Of a stretch of DNA of 64,000 nucleotides, positions 48,180 to 58,895 are shown piece after piece. The DNA lies in contig OY759598.1 in NCBI GenBank assembly GCA_963662435.1, forward strand, positions 2,202,507 through 2,266,506, read 5' to 3'. The notes below the pieces were generated by a model. The model was not told the DNA's origin. It was given only the letters and a program-made list of their open reading frames with translations, and did not search any database. Origin of the DNA: Dehalococcoidia bacterium (GTDB taxonomy: Bacteria > Chloroflexota > Dehalococcoidia > Lucifugimonadales > VXLM01). Position numbers and translations under genes: made by a program. Each line of letters opens with the position of its first letter. Positions within the stretch are counted from its first letter, which is position 1.

Positions 48180-50360
48180 ATGAATTCCAAGAAACTTAGG
48201 CTTATCGGATTTGCCGCTTTGGCCGTGATGCTCTTCACGGTTATCGCGTGCAGTAGTAGTGATGACGGCGATACGGACACAACAGCGCCCGCCCCGGCGC
48301 CCGCCCCGGCCCCGGCACCAGCAGCGGCTCCTGCCCCTGCCCCGGCGCCTGCTCCAGCTCCTGCGCCCGCGCAGGAAGAGGACGACGACGCGATGATGAT
48401 GGACGACTTCGCGGGCACCTTCAAGGGTACGTTCGTCTGGGACGGCCCGATGCCCACGACGTTCAACGAGGCTCCAACCCTCGCCGCTCGAGTCGCTTCC
48501 GGAGAACTTCCTTCGGTTGAGGAGAGGCTTCCCAACGCCGATGACGTGATGGTCGTCCCGGTCGTCGACCGAATCGGCGACTACGGCGGAACCTGGCGCA
48601 GGGCATTCACCGGCCCCAACGACGGTCAGAACGCCGACCGCTTGATGATGGACATGGTGCTGTACTATGACCTGAACGGCACGGACATCATCCCGAACGT
48701 GGCGAAGGACTGGGACATCAGCGACGACGGTCTCGTCTACACCTTGTACCTGCGGGAAGGGATGAAGTGGTCGGACGGCGTTCCGTTCACTTCCGAGGAC
48801 TTCGTCTGGCACTTCGAGAACGTTATTCTGGACGATGAGATCAACCCGAACCGTGACGGCCAGATCGGCTGGTCGGGGGTTGATGCCGATAGCTTTGAAG
48901 CAATTGACGACTACACGGTCTCGGTAACACTCAGGGAGCGCAAGGACGGCTTCCTCGACTCTCTCGCCAACTACACGACCGGCGGCTGGACTCTTCACGG
49001 TCGCATCGCGGACGGCATGTACGGCCCGACGCACTACCTGAAGACGATCCACCGCAAGTTCGCCGACGACAAGGACGCGTTCGACAAGCGCGTGGCCGAC
49101 GAAGGCTACGAAAACTGGATTACCTTCTTCAAGGACAACGCCAGCCCGCTCAAGAGCACGGACACTCCTGTAGTCTCGCCTTGGAAGATGACCAGCCCGA
49201 TCACGGCTGAAATCTACGAGTGGGAGCGCAACCCGTATTACTGGGCAGTTGACCCCGCGGGCAACCAGCTTCCGTACATCGACAGGATTTCGATGACGCT
49301 TACCGGCGACAAGGAGATCCTGAACCTCAAGGCTTCGGCCGGCGAGATCGACTTCCAGCACCGCCACATCGAGATGGCCAAGGTGCCGGTCTTCAAAGAG
49401 AACGAAGACCGCAGCAACATCGACGTACAGTTCTGGGGTTCGCACGGAGCCGTAGGCCTCTCCATCAACATGTCCTATGGTGAGGGGCCCGTCGAATACG
49501 AGGTCGACGAGGAAGTCAAGAAGTGGATCAACAACCTCGAGTTCCGCAAGGCACTCTCTCTCGCAATTGACCCGAACAAGATCAACGAGGTGATGTTCCT
49601 GGGTCAGGGTACTGTTTCGCAGGGTGTCTTCTCGAAAGGCCACCCGTTCTACCCTGGTGACGATTACGCACAGAAATACACTGAGCATGACCCAGAACAG
49701 GCCAAGCAGATCCTGGACAGCATCGGCCTCGTCGATACCGACGGCAACGGTGTCCGCAACCGCACGGACGGCAAGGGCGACTTAGTATTCATCACGGACT
49801 ATGCGGCTGAGTACTTCGTAGCATACGACGTCTTGGCAGAACTGATCGAGGAGGACCTTGCCAAGGTCGGCATCAAGCTCGCCCTCAGTGCCATGGATGT
49901 GAGTCTGTTCGCTGAACGTCGTAACACCAACTCCGGCATCATGATGGCGGGCGGCGTTGGAGGTGGACGCTGGCCGGCCCTGCTCGACCGATGGTACGAA
50001 TCCGGAAGCGCGTACCGCACGTGGTACACGGGGGGCAGGGACGTCTATTCCGAGGACGCCATAGCGGCAGAACCGACTGACCCCAACATCCTCCGGCTGG
50101 CTGAGTTGGCCGACGAGGCTGTGAAGCTCCGCTACGCGGAACGTAAGGATATCTACATTGAGGGCCAGCAGATTAACGTTGATAACCTGTATGGCATCGG
50201 CGCAGTGGGCAACACACCGGCCTTCAACGGCGTGATCGTCAAGAAGAAGTACTTCAAGAACGTTCCGCCGCAGGCTCCGAACGAGTCCCCGCTGCAGAAC
50301 CCGGGTATCGCCCGGACGGTCCAGTTCTTCATGGAAGGCGGCAAGAACGACTCCGAATAG
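48180..50360 (+). CDS. ABC transporter substrate-binding lipoprotein, family 5 (peptide/oligosaccharide), with a PA-repeat linker
   Basis: VIAC lipobox; EAPTL..V.SGELPSVEERLP; LREGMKWSDG.PFT; ERNPYYWAVD..GNQLPYID. Confidence 0.93.
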   Translation: MNSKKLRLIGFAALAVMLFTVIACSSSDDGDTDTTAPAPAPAPAPAPAAAPAPAPAPAPAPAPAQEEDDDAMMMDDFAGTFKGTFVWDGPMPTTFNEAPTLAARVASGELPSVEERLPNADDVMVVPVVDRIGDYGGTWRRAFTGPNDGQNADRLMMDMVLYYDLNGTDIIPNVAKDWDISDDGLVYTLYLREGMKWSDGVPFTSEDFVWHFENVILDDEINPNRDGQIGWSGVDADSFEAIDDYTVSVTLRERKDGFLDSLANYTTGGWTLHGRIADGMYGPTHYLKTIHRKFADDKDAFDKRVADEGYENWITFFKDNASPLKSTDTPVVSPWKMTSPITAEIYEWERNPYYWAVDPAGNQLPYIDRISMTLTGDKEILNLKASAGEIDFQHRHIEMAKVPVFKENEDRSNIDVQFWGSHGAVGLSINMSYGEGPVEYEVDEEVKKWINNLEFRKALSLAIDPNKINEVMFLGQGTVSQGVFSKGHPFYPGDDYAQKYTEHDPEQAKQILDSIGLVDTDGNGVRNRTDGKGDLVFITDYAAEYFVAYDVLAELIEEDLAKVGIKLALSAMDVSLFAERRNTNSGIMMAGGVGGGRWPALLDRWYESGSAYRTWYTGGRDVYSEDAIAAEPTDPNILRLAELADEAVKLRYAERKDIYIEGQQINVDNLYGIGAVGNTPAFNGVIVKKKYFKNVPPQAPNESPLQNPGIARTVQFFMEGGKNDSE

Positions 50361-50402
50361 GAGCGATTGAACTGCCTAAGTCGGTAAAGTGAGAGACTGA
50401 AG

Positions 50403-50437
50403 AAAGAGCACCCGGTTCAACAGACCGGGTGCTCTTT
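50403..50437 (+). terminator. Rho-independent (possibly bidirectional) terminator
   Basis: AAAGAGCACCCGGT-loop-ACCGGGTGCTCTTT about 40 bp after the SBP stop. Confidence 0.85.
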
Positions 50438-50629
50438 AGTTTGCTGCGCTGCTAAAGGATGATCCTTGGCGGTCGGCAGCAGCGGTTTCTGAGGAAGTAG
50501 GGAGTTCTAATCAGACTCATACCAATTCGTCTGGGCCGTGTCAGAATCTCATGTATTTGGATTGGATTCAGTTGTAGAGGCGGCGCAAATTGGTCTAATA
50601 TCACAGAAGCCACGAAAAAGGGGGATGAA

Positions 50630-51346
50630 ATGACGATAAATTCGGCCGCTGGTTGGTCACTAATCGTAGCAGTAGTAATTGGATTCATTGCGTCATTGCT
50701 AACGCCGGGTGGGCTGCTGATCGATCCAGCAGATTCCGCCACCTTTGTGGAGGCGACGGGCGTCTTGGGGGACAACGCTGAATTGACCCAGTTCGTCACA
50801 CTGCTGTTCGTACTCAGCGTAGTCCTCTACTGGTTCGGGCTGCACAGCTTGCACCGGGCATTCAGCAGCAGTTCAGTCATGGACCGTGTGTCCCGCTTTG
50901 CGCTGAATTTCTTCCTGGTGGGGTACGCCTTTCTCATCGTCGAACTGAGCATCCGACACATACTGACCCACATCCTTGCGCACGGTGTTGGAAGTTCTTC
51001 GGCGGAAGAACAGGCTATGGCGACCACGCTCTTCGCGGTGGGTGCGGGAGTTCACATAGCATTCCTGTATGCTACGTCCATCGGCTCCACCATTTTTGGG
51101 TACGCCCTGGCCCACCGGGGTGTGGAAATGAGCATCTTCAAGCTCGCGGCGTTGGGGTTGGCGCTCACAGGCCTGCTCAGCTTCATCGTGCTAATGATTG
51201 CGGAACACGTACCTGCCATTGACCTTCATGGGGTTGCCGTTGCCAGCAACATCGTGCTGTTCTTCGGCTCTTTGTGCATCCTGATCATAGGAGTGGGAAT
51301 CATGAAGGGGCGTCAGGAATTCGTGGGCGAGGAAGACGCGGCCTAG
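50630..51346 (+). CDS. Hypothetical 6-TM membrane protein (DUF4386-like)
   Basis: Six hydrophobic helices; GGGG RBS. Confidence 0.7.
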   Translation: MTINSAAGWSLIVAVVIGFIASLLTPGGLLIDPADSATFVEATGVLGDNAELTQFVTLLFVLSVVLYWFGLHSLHRAFSSSSVMDRVSRFALNFFLVGYAFLIVELSIRHILTHILAHGVGSSSAEEQAMATTLFAVGAGVHIAFLYATSIGSTIFGYALAHRGVEMSIFKLAALGLALTGLLSFIVLMIAEHVPAIDLHGVAVASNIVLFFGSLCILIIGVGIMKGRQEFVGEEDAA

Positions 51347-51835
51347 TCAGTACGTCTGAAGATGGAGTAATCGGAAACGGCAGGCCCGAATCGCATGTGG
51401 TAGGTCTGCCGGTTCCGGTACGCCGACTCCGCACCTTATAAGGCCGACTGCTGCCATTCACAATTCCAATCCGACTGGCCCAAACACTCTGGGCGCGAAA
51501 ACCGGCACAACCGATCGCGGCCTGAGTAACACCATTTCGGGTAGTTGTCGGGGCCGGACTCTCACAGTTCAAATGCTGGACTCAAGTAAATCTGTCCGTG
51601 ATATACTCCTCCGAAAATTTTTGGGTGGACCGTTGCTACTTGTTGCTGTTTGTCGTCAAGATCGTATGGGTGACCATCCTCGGCGGAGGACTCTACAAGG
51701 CGTGCAGCGGGTTGCCTCCAAGTACCCAGGCGAGGGTATCAACTAGCAAGTCCTACTTGAATGAACTTGGCATTTATCTTATCCAGCTGCTCTTCAATGG
51801 TAATTCTCGACTAGACCCGGAAAGTTAACGGTGAT

Positions 51836-52552
51836 GTGGCTATGTCAAGTGATTCAACGGATACGGTTGTCCAAGCAAGAGGAGTGCACAAGACCTATGG
51901 CTTCGGAGAAGTGGAGGTGCACGTCCTTAAGGGCGTTAGTCTCGACGTGCAGCGAGGAGAGATGGTTGCAATCATGGGTCCCAGCGGCGGTGGCAAGACC
52001 ACGCTGCTCAACTGCCTCTCCGGCCTTGACGACATTGATTCAGGCCTCATCTCCATCTCCGGGTCCGACCTGAGCGAAATGAACGATCGTGAGAAGACTC
52101 GCTTTCGTGCGACACGAATGGGTTATATCTTTCAGTCCTTCAACCTGCTATCGGTCCTGACTGCACTGGAAAACGTGGAGATGCCTCTACTGGTCAACGG
52201 GTTTCCGGAAAAAGAGGCTCGAGCAAAGGCGCAGGAAGCGTTGTCGCTCGTCGGACTCTCGGAACGAATCGATCATTATCCTTCACAGATGTCGGGCGGA
52301 CAGCAGCAACGCGTAACAATTGCCCGTGCGCTCGTGAACCAGCCGGAAATCGTATGAGCCGACGAGCCAACCGGAAATCTCGACAGCGAGAACGCCGGTG
52401 AAGTTATGGATCTCCTGATCCGTTTGAACAAGGAACTCGACGAGACTTTCGTAATCGTCACTCACTCGGACGAGGTAGCGGAGATGTCTCACCGAACGAT
52501 CCGAATGCGGGACGGCCTTGTCGTCGACGACGGCAGAAGTGGGGCAGGCTAG
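51836..52552 (+). pseudogene. LolD/MacB-type ABC ATPase with an in-frame TGA at 52355-52357
   Basis: [16 protein letters not shown], then EIV*ADEPTGNLD; the frame continues through VTH to TAG at 52550-52552. Confidence 0.85.
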
Positions 52553-52557
52553 AAAGA

Positions 52558-55500
52558 ATGGACGAGCTATTCGGGGCCCCCATGTCGTCTGTTGCGGCCG
52601 TACTGGCGGTCGCATTCGGCCTGGCCGTCGCTTTCCTCCTCTTCATCAGGCTACGCAATCCAATATTGGTCCGCATGGCATTTCGTAATGTCCGCCGAAG
52701 ACCGGGACAGAGCATACTAATAATCGCCGGACTGATGCTGGCCACAGCAATAATCTCCAGCGCCTTCACCGTAGGAGATTCGGTTACCTACAGCATCAAG
52801 AACAACGCGGCTTCTTCGCTACGGACACTCGACGAAGTGATTGTGGTGGATGAGGAATCGGAAATCTGGGAAGGCCGTGCCCTGCCTGACGGCATTTCGG
52901 AAACAGTCTTCCATGAGCTCGCCCCCGCGCTTGAGGCCGACCCGGACATCGACGGCGTGTTGCCGTCCCTGACCGTAGTGGTCGCGGTCATAAACTCCGA
53001 AAGCCGCCAATTCGCCTCATCTGCCCAGTTGTCGGGTCTCGACCCGCAACAGGCGAGAACTTTTGAAGAGCTATTCGACACGCAAGGCGCTCCCCTCGAT
53101 CTGTCAGCCTTAGGACCAAACGAGCTTTACATCAACGAGGACGGCGCCGAGGCACTGGAGGCAAAGCCTGGTACCTTGTTGAGTATCGCTACAGGACCCG
53201 TTATACAAAATTCCTTTACCGTTCGTGGCGTGGTGGACGGATCATACGGCACAGTAGACGAGGCGGAAGTAGCCTTGATGTTGTCCCTTGCCTCTGTTCA
53301 GGAACTGCTGGGCCGCACTGGAGAACTATCATCCATCGGCATCTCTAACCGCGGCGACGTCTTCGGTGGCTTGAACCTCACAGACACCATAGTTGAACGC
53401 TACCGGGGTCATTCCGCCATTAGCGACAACGGTTTGAAACTGGAGCCCGTCAAGCGTGAAGCCGTCGATGAGGCAAATGAGACCGGAAGCCTTCTGGTTT
53501 CGATGTTCACAACTTTCGGGCTCTTTTCTATCGGCGTGGGCCTGCTGCTTATATTTCTCATCTTCTCGATGCTGGCCGCAGAGCGAAAGAGCGAGATGGG
53601 CATGTCCCGCGCGGTAGGCATGCAGCAGCAACACCTCGTCCAGATCTTCACTGTCGAGGGGGCAATCTACGGCATCAGTTCCGCAATCGTAGGCGCGGTT
53701 ATCGGCGTCGGTCTGGGTTTTGTTCTCGTCGAGGCCGTATCATCCATATTCGGCGAAGCCGACGATGCGTTTTCCTTCACTCCACACGTTCAATTTGTGA
53801 GTTTCCTGTCCTCGTTACTCGCGGGCGGCGTCCTCACATTTATCACAGTAATTCTCTCGGCCCGACGAATTAGCCGGCTGAACATCGTGCGGGCTATCCG
53901 AGACCTGCCTGAACCTCAACTTGCAGGTTCGAGGCGCGGACCTCTGATTCGAGCTACCGTCGTTGGAGTTCTTGGCGTGTTCGTGTTCGTCTCTGCGTTT
54001 CAGGCTGCCCACTTACCCTTCTTCGGACTGGGCATCTCAATTATAGTCATCGGAATCGCGATGGCCTTACGCGCTTTCGGTGCCCCGCAGCGATGGGTAT
54101 ACACGGGAGTGGGTCTGTTCCTGGTCGTATACTGGTTGATACCCCACAGCTTCCTGAAATCACTGAAGCCGGACTTCACCGAGGATATGTCCGGGTTCTT
54201 CTTGGTCGGCACCTTCCTGGTGACGGGCGCTGTTCTGGTCACTGTGAATAACGCCCCAATTGTGCTCGGCCTGATGACCAAGACCATCGGCCGAATCCGG
54301 CGTTACTCACCGGTCGTTAAGTCCGCCGTGTCCTACCCTCTTCAGTCTAGGTCCAGGACAGGGCTCTCCCTCGCGATGTTCGCCATCGTGATTTTTTCCG
54401 TCACCGTTATGGCCACATTCGTGGATGTGTTTGACAACCTCCTCGATAACCAGGACAGGATTGTAGGTGGTTATGAAGTCATCGGCTTTACGCGTGGCGA
54501 CCTCAACCCCGTCGGCGACTTGAGAGCCGCTGTGAACGAAACTCCGAATCTCGACTTCGTCGAGCGTGTCGACGGAGTTCCTTCGGTGGGCACTCTGCAC
54601 ACCGTCTACCAGGCATCTGCGCGCTTGGCATCCAACACTACCGGTGAGTTTGCGGGCACGTTGATAACCGGAGTTGGCGATGACTTCTTCGAGACGCACC
54701 GCTTCGGCATTGCGCTCACTGTACCGGACTATTCCAGTGACGACGAAGTGGACAGCGTGGCCGTGTGGGATGCTGTTCGAACCAATCCTGGGTACGCTCT
54801 AGTACACGCCTCGATGGTGCCAACACGCACCACCACCGCTGTTGCTCCACCTTCAGACCAATTCACGTTGAATGACGTGGAGGGGCTGCTCGTCGAAAAC
54901 GAATACATGGATCCCCTCCAAGTCACCGTTCGGGACCTGGAGGGTGGGAATACCCTGGACTTGACTGTCGTTGGGGTGCTGGACACCCTGGCTTCCGCCG
55001 GACCCATCCTCCCTATGGGATTCTATGCTTCCGGCGAAACCCTCGGCCGCGAGGCAAATGGCACGCAGTTCTTCTTCAACGTCGAAGACGAAGACGTCGA
55101 CGGAGCTGCAACCATAGGGGCTGCCTTCTTCCAGAACGGAGTGGAAACGCTCAACCTGAGGGAGTTGGTCGCGCAGGGACAGGCTGCTCAAAATGCAGTC
55201 TTCAATCTCATGATCGGATTCATGTCTCTGGGACTGCTGGTTGGCATCGCCGCTCTCGGCGTCATCAGCGCGAGGACAGTGGTGGAACGCCGTCAGGCTA
55301 TCGGTATGTTGCGGGCAATTGGCTTCTCCCCGGGCATGGTTCAGTTGAGCTTCCTACTTGAGATATCCTTCCTCGCCGTGCTCGGAATCGGTCTGGGACT
55401 GGGACTGGGACTGATATCTTCCGTCGAACTCATCGATGAGTTACGTGCGGACGAGCCGGAAATACGGTTCGCGCTCCCGTGGCTCAAGGTAGTTCTCATC

Positions 55501-55596
55501 GCTGTTGGAGCATACGTCTTCGCTCTCCTCACTACGTTCCTGCCAGCGCGTCGGGCAGCTGCCATCACGCCTGCGGAAGCCCTAAGGTACGAGTAG
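52558..55596 (+). CDS. FtsX/MacB-like ABC permease (duplicated)
   Basis: ERKSEMGMSRAVG and ERRQAIGMLRAIG; ends PARRAA..PAEALRYE. Confidence 0.9.
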   Translation: MDELFGAPMSSVAAVLAVAFGLAVAFLLFIRLRNPILVRMAFRNVRRRPGQSILIIAGLMLATAIISSAFTVGDSVTYSIKNNAASSLRTLDEVIVVDEESEIWEGRALPDGISETVFHELAPALEADPDIDGVLPSLTVVVAVINSESRQFASSAQLSGLDPQQARTFEELFDTQGAPLDLSALGPNELYINEDGAEALEAKPGTLLSIATGPVIQNSFTVRGVVDGSYGTVDEAEVALMLSLASVQELLGRTGELSSIGISNRGDVFGGLNLTDTIVERYRGHSAISDNGLKLEPVKREAVDEANETGSLLVSMFTTFGLFSIGVGLLLIFLIFSMLAAERKSEMGMSRAVGMQQQHLVQIFTVEGAIYGISSAIVGAVIGVGLGFVLVEAVSSIFGEADDAFSFTPHVQFVSFLSSLLAGGVLTFITVILSARRISRLNIVRAIRDLPEPQLAGSRRGPLIRATVVGVLGVFVFVSAFQAAHLPFFGLGISIIVIGIAMALRAFGAPQRWVYTGVGLFLVVYWLIPHSFLKSLKPDFTEDMSGFFLVGTFLVTGAVLVTVNNAPIVLGLMTKTIGRIRRYSPVVKSAVSYPLQSRSRTGLSLAMFAIVIFSVTVMATFVDVFDNLLDNQDRIVGGYEVIGFTRGDLNPVGDLRAAVNETPNLDFVERVDGVPSVGTLHTVYQASARLASNTTGEFAGTLITGVGDDFFETHRFGIALTVPDYSSDDEVDSVAVWDAVRTNPGYALVHASMVPTRTTTAVAPPSDQFTLNDVEGLLVENEYMDPLQVTVRDLEGGNTLDLTVVGVLDTLASAGPILPMGFYASGETLGREANGTQFFFNVEDEDVDGAATIGAAFFQNGVETLNLRELVAQGQAAQNAVFNLMIGFMSLGLLVGIAALGVISARTVVERRQAIGMLRAIGFSPGMVQLSFLLEISFLAVLGIGLGLGLGLISSVELIDELRADEPEIRFALPWLKVVLIAVGAYVFALLTTFLPARRAAAITPAEALRYE

Positions 55597-55645
55597 TCAG
55601 AGAGAGCCACATTCGCCGAACGATGCGAGGCCATCACCTGTAACA

Positions 55646-56014
55646 CTAGTGGACCGAAATCTTTCAAATGACGGGTAACATCAGGGGCTGGATTTGCGTT
55701 TTACAGCGACAGGGCGGGTTTCAAACCATCTGCTCCAACTAATTCGACGAAATGGGGGGTTTCGTAGCTAATTTACCCATGTTCGACCACTAGGGCCGCC
55801 CTCGAATGGCACCAATGCACACATAGACCGGGCCACCTGGCAGTACGATTGTATTTGAGCGACTCGAATCAGGACGAAAACGACACACCTCGATCTGGCT
55901 CTCGGACGCTTTTCCATAGCTAAAATGGCAATTAGTTGGAGCAATTGGTTTCAAACCCGCCCCTACCGGGTCATAATCTCGTTACCCTTCAATTCAAAAA
56001 TGTTGAACCACTAG
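55646..56014. mobile_element. Inverted copy of the CTAG-ended MITE with a second element inserted into its REP
   Basis: Outer parts align to the reverse complement of 43628-43771; inner element 55731-55943 has TIR TGCTCCAACTAATT/AATTAGTTGGAGCA flanked on both sides by GGTTTCAAACC. Confidence 0.75.
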
Positions 56015-56028
56015 CCACTCGTTGGCAA

Positions 56029-56440
56029 AGGGTAATGGCTTAATGATCGTAGGTCGCAATCAACAATTTAGGAAACAATTGACTGACCGATTTCATCCTA
56101 TGGCTGCATTCGACTATTTCCCTTTATCGAAATCTGAATTGGCACTGAGTCTCGAAACAGGCTGAGGTACCGTAACAGCCTCGGTAGCGTACACGTCTGC
56201 ACCAAACTGGACATAGGCATGTGCATGTAACCACAGGGTAATGGATGCAGGATCGTAGGTCGCAATCAACGATTGAGGAACCATTTGACCAACCGAAGAC
56301 ATCCTATGAATCCATTCGACTCACTTTCATTATCGCAATCCGAATTGGCACTGAGTCTCGAAACAGGCTGAGGTACCGAAACAGCCTCGGTAGCGTACAT
56401 GTCTGCACCACACTGGACATAGGCACGTGCATGTAACTAC
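56029..56440. repeat. Two tandem 206-bp non-coding direct repeats
   Basis: 56029-56234 vs 56235-56440, ungapped, 29 mismatches by manual count. Confidence 0.9.
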
Positions 56441-56610
56441 TCAGAACCTCTGTCGTACGTTCTTTAGACTGGAATGGAACTCAATGGATTCGACCATTGC
56501 AGGCGCAACTCGTCTAAGCCTGCCTCCCCTCGGCGGTAGGTTCCGGCTCCATAAATGAGATTGCGTTGCAACTTGCGAGCGTACTAACCTAAGGGTAGAA
56601 TCACGCCAAT

Positions 56611-58077
56611 ATGCCCGTGTTGCAGCGGTGCGATGCCAGTGACCCGGATCGGTCTTGGGCACAGGAAGTTGGTGCGATTGTGGGTGGCGAAGGCCGAGTG
56701 GTAGTAGTATCCAATAGGACCCCTTCCCAATCCACGCCTTCCAGCGTAGAGGAAAGACGCAACCTTCCTGTCGGTGGGCTCGTAAGCTGCCTCCGGCCCT
56801 ATCTGGAAAACGTGGGCGGCATCTGGATGGGTTGGGACGGAAAGTCGGAAGGCCAAGAAGACACCTCTTCTGAAGCTATCACTGAAGTCGCAGGCATACG
56901 TCTGGCTTCCGTTTCTCTTTCACGTGACGAAGTCGAGGGTTTCTACAACACATTTTCCAACCGCATCCTCTGGCCGATCCTTCACGGATTCCCCGACAAG
57001 GCAATGCTTCACCACGACAGCTACCGCGTGTACCGAAGCGTGAACCGCAAGTACGCAGCCTTCCTCATGGAGGTCCTGAGGCCCGGCGACATGGTATGGG
57101 TCCACGACTACCACCTCATCCCTCTTGGCCATGAGCTTCGCCAGCTTGGCTGGACAGGCAAGATCGGGTTCTTCCTACACATCCCCTTCCCTCCTTCCGA
57201 GGTTTTCGGAATCCTGCCCTGGGCCCGAGAGCTGCTTACGTGGCTATTCGACTACGACCTCGTTGGCCTTCAAACCCAGCAATATGTCCACAACCTTCAA
57301 GAGACCTTGCGCGACGTGCTTGGGGCCAAACTGAGTGGAGACGCCGTGCGACACCAAGGCAGAACCCTGAAGGTAGGCTCGTTCCCCGTTGGCGCCGATG
57401 TGCAGGCATTCCGCGAGATGGCAACGAGCCAGGAACAGACATCCATTAGCCAATTCCTGGAGGGTTTTCCAAAGGACAGTCAGCTTCTCCTCGGGGTAGA
57501 CAGGCTTGACTATACAAAGGGTCTATTCCAGCGGATGCAGGCCATTGAGCGGCTCTTTGAAGACCACCCGGAATTCGTCGGGCACGTAACCCTGATTCAG
57601 ATCTCGGCGCCCAGCCGGGTCAACATCCCGGAATATGCCCAGGAACGCGAGCGAGTAGACTCACTCATCGCAAAGATCAACGGTAAGTTCGGGGAGGCCC
57701 AATGGATGCCTATCCTACCCCTGCACCGCCCCTATTCCCAGCAGGACCTGGCGCACCTATACCGAGAGGCCAACGTCTGCCTCGTCACGCCTCTCCGTGA
57801 CGGCATGAACCTGGTCGCCAAGGAGTTTGTAGCATCACAGACTTCGGACCCCGGGGTCTTGGTACTTTCTCGGTTTTGCGGCGCCGCAGAGTCCATGCAA
57901 GACGCTCACTTGATCAACCCCTACGACTTTCAGGGGACAGCTTCTGCCATCTACGATGCCCTTACCATTTCAAAGCGCGAACGGCAACGTCGCTGGGAGG
58001 CACTCTCTGGGCACGTCAGCAGCCACACGGCCCAGGACTGGTGCTACAGCTTCATCGAGGCCCTTGGCAACTCATAA
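56611..58077 (+). CDS. otsA: Trehalose-6-phosphate synthase (GT20)
   Basis: [52 protein letters not shown]. Confidence 0.95.
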   Translation: MPVLQRCDASDPDRSWAQEVGAIVGGEGRVVVVSNRTPSQSTPSSVEERRNLPVGGLVSCLRPYLENVGGIWMGWDGKSEGQEDTSSEAITEVAGIRLASVSLSRDEVEGFYNTFSNRILWPILHGFPDKAMLHHDSYRVYRSVNRKYAAFLMEVLRPGDMVWVHDYHLIPLGHELRQLGWTGKIGFFLHIPFPPSEVFGILPWARELLTWLFDYDLVGLQTQQYVHNLQETLRDVLGAKLSGDAVRHQGRTLKVGSFPVGADVQAFREMATSQEQTSISQFLEGFPKDSQLLLGVDRLDYTKGLFQRMQAIERLFEDHPEFVGHVTLIQISAPSRVNIPEYAQERERVDSLIAKINGKFGEAQWMPILPLHRPYSQQDLAHLYREANVCLVTPLRDGMNLVAKEFVASQTSDPGVLVLSRFCGAAESMQDAHLINPYDFQGTASAIYDALTISKRERQRRWEALSGHVSSHTAQDWCYSFIEALGNS

Positions 58078-58895
58078 GCCATCCAGCGGAGAAACTCCCC
58101 CACTTCCCTCATCCCCGACAGGCAATAATCCGCTCTTCGCGTCACAGCCTCCGGCGTTTCCTCATCCACGACGGCAATCGCCGCTCCCTTTAGAGTTCCC
58201 TTTCGGACCAGGCTGTGCAACGCATCGAATGCGTCGCAGTCAGTGAGGTCGTCCCCGAGAACTATCACCCCCGTTAGTCTAAAGTCCCGCACCATGCGAT
58301 TCACGACAGTGCCCTTATCCACCCCCACCCTCGGCCCTATCTCCAATACCATCTTACCTTCTCCAATCTTCAGGCCACGCGCAGCAGCCAAGGACTTCAG
58401 CAGTGGCAACAGTTCAGTCCGCGCCGTAGTGGGATCTGGGGAGTTTCGGTAGTGCGCCGCCACGCTCAGACCTTTGTTCTCCAAGGTTATTCCCGCGACC
58501 TCGATCCCCCCGACTCCCTTCTCAATTTCATTCATGAGGCCACCCGAGATCTGCAGCTCGGACGCCTGCCCTTCTCCTCCGGGTGTCCACTCCTCCAGCC
58601 CGTGATTGCCGACATACGTCACACTCGCCAATCCAATCATTTTGCGGAGGGTGTTCAAGTCTCTCCCGGATACAATCGCTACAAGCTCCACTACTGTTGA
58701 TAACTCTCCAATCGCGTCCCTATTGGCAGGTGAAAGAACCGTGTTCCTTGGGTCATCGAAGATGGGAGTGAGAGTCCCATCAAAGTCGCTGAATATGCCC
58801 ACGCGGTTAGCACTCAGGATTTCGGAGACGACGTCCAGCTTATCCAATACACAAGGGGGATTGATGAACTCGTTGGGAGAAGTATCTTTTCTCAA
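58044..58895 (-). CDS. otsB: Trehalose-6-phosphate phosphatase (HAD)
   Basis: SDFDGTLTPI, IVSGR, GNHGLE, ENK..AAHYR, GKMVLEI, DKG, LGDDLTD. Confidence 0.93.
   Translation of the reverse strand: MRKDTSPNEFINPPCVLDKLDVVSEILSANRVGIFSDFDGTLTPIFDDPRNTVLSPANRDAIGELSTVVELVAIVSGRDLNTLRKMIGLASVTYVGNHGLEEWTPGGEGQASELQISGGLMNEIEKGVGGIEVAGITLENKGLSVAAHYRNSPDPTTARTELLPLLKSLAAARGLKIGEGKMVLEIGPRVGVDKGTVVNRMVRDFRLTGVIVLGDDLTDCDAFDALHSLVRKGTLKGAAIAVVDEETPEAVTRRADYCLSGMREVGEFLRWMAYELPRASMKL

Noticed and set aside
48135..49688. 517-aa minus-strand ORF
   Set aside because: Antisense shadow of the codon-biased SBP gene.
52355..52357. Selenocysteine or genetic code 4/25 recoding of the TGA
   Set aside because: The position is a hydrophobic (Trp-type) residue rather than a Cys, and many other genes here use TGA as a normal stop.
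56114..56436. Small ORFs within the 206-bp repeats
   Set aside because: Differences between copies are largely non-synonymous or introduce stops; no coding signature.
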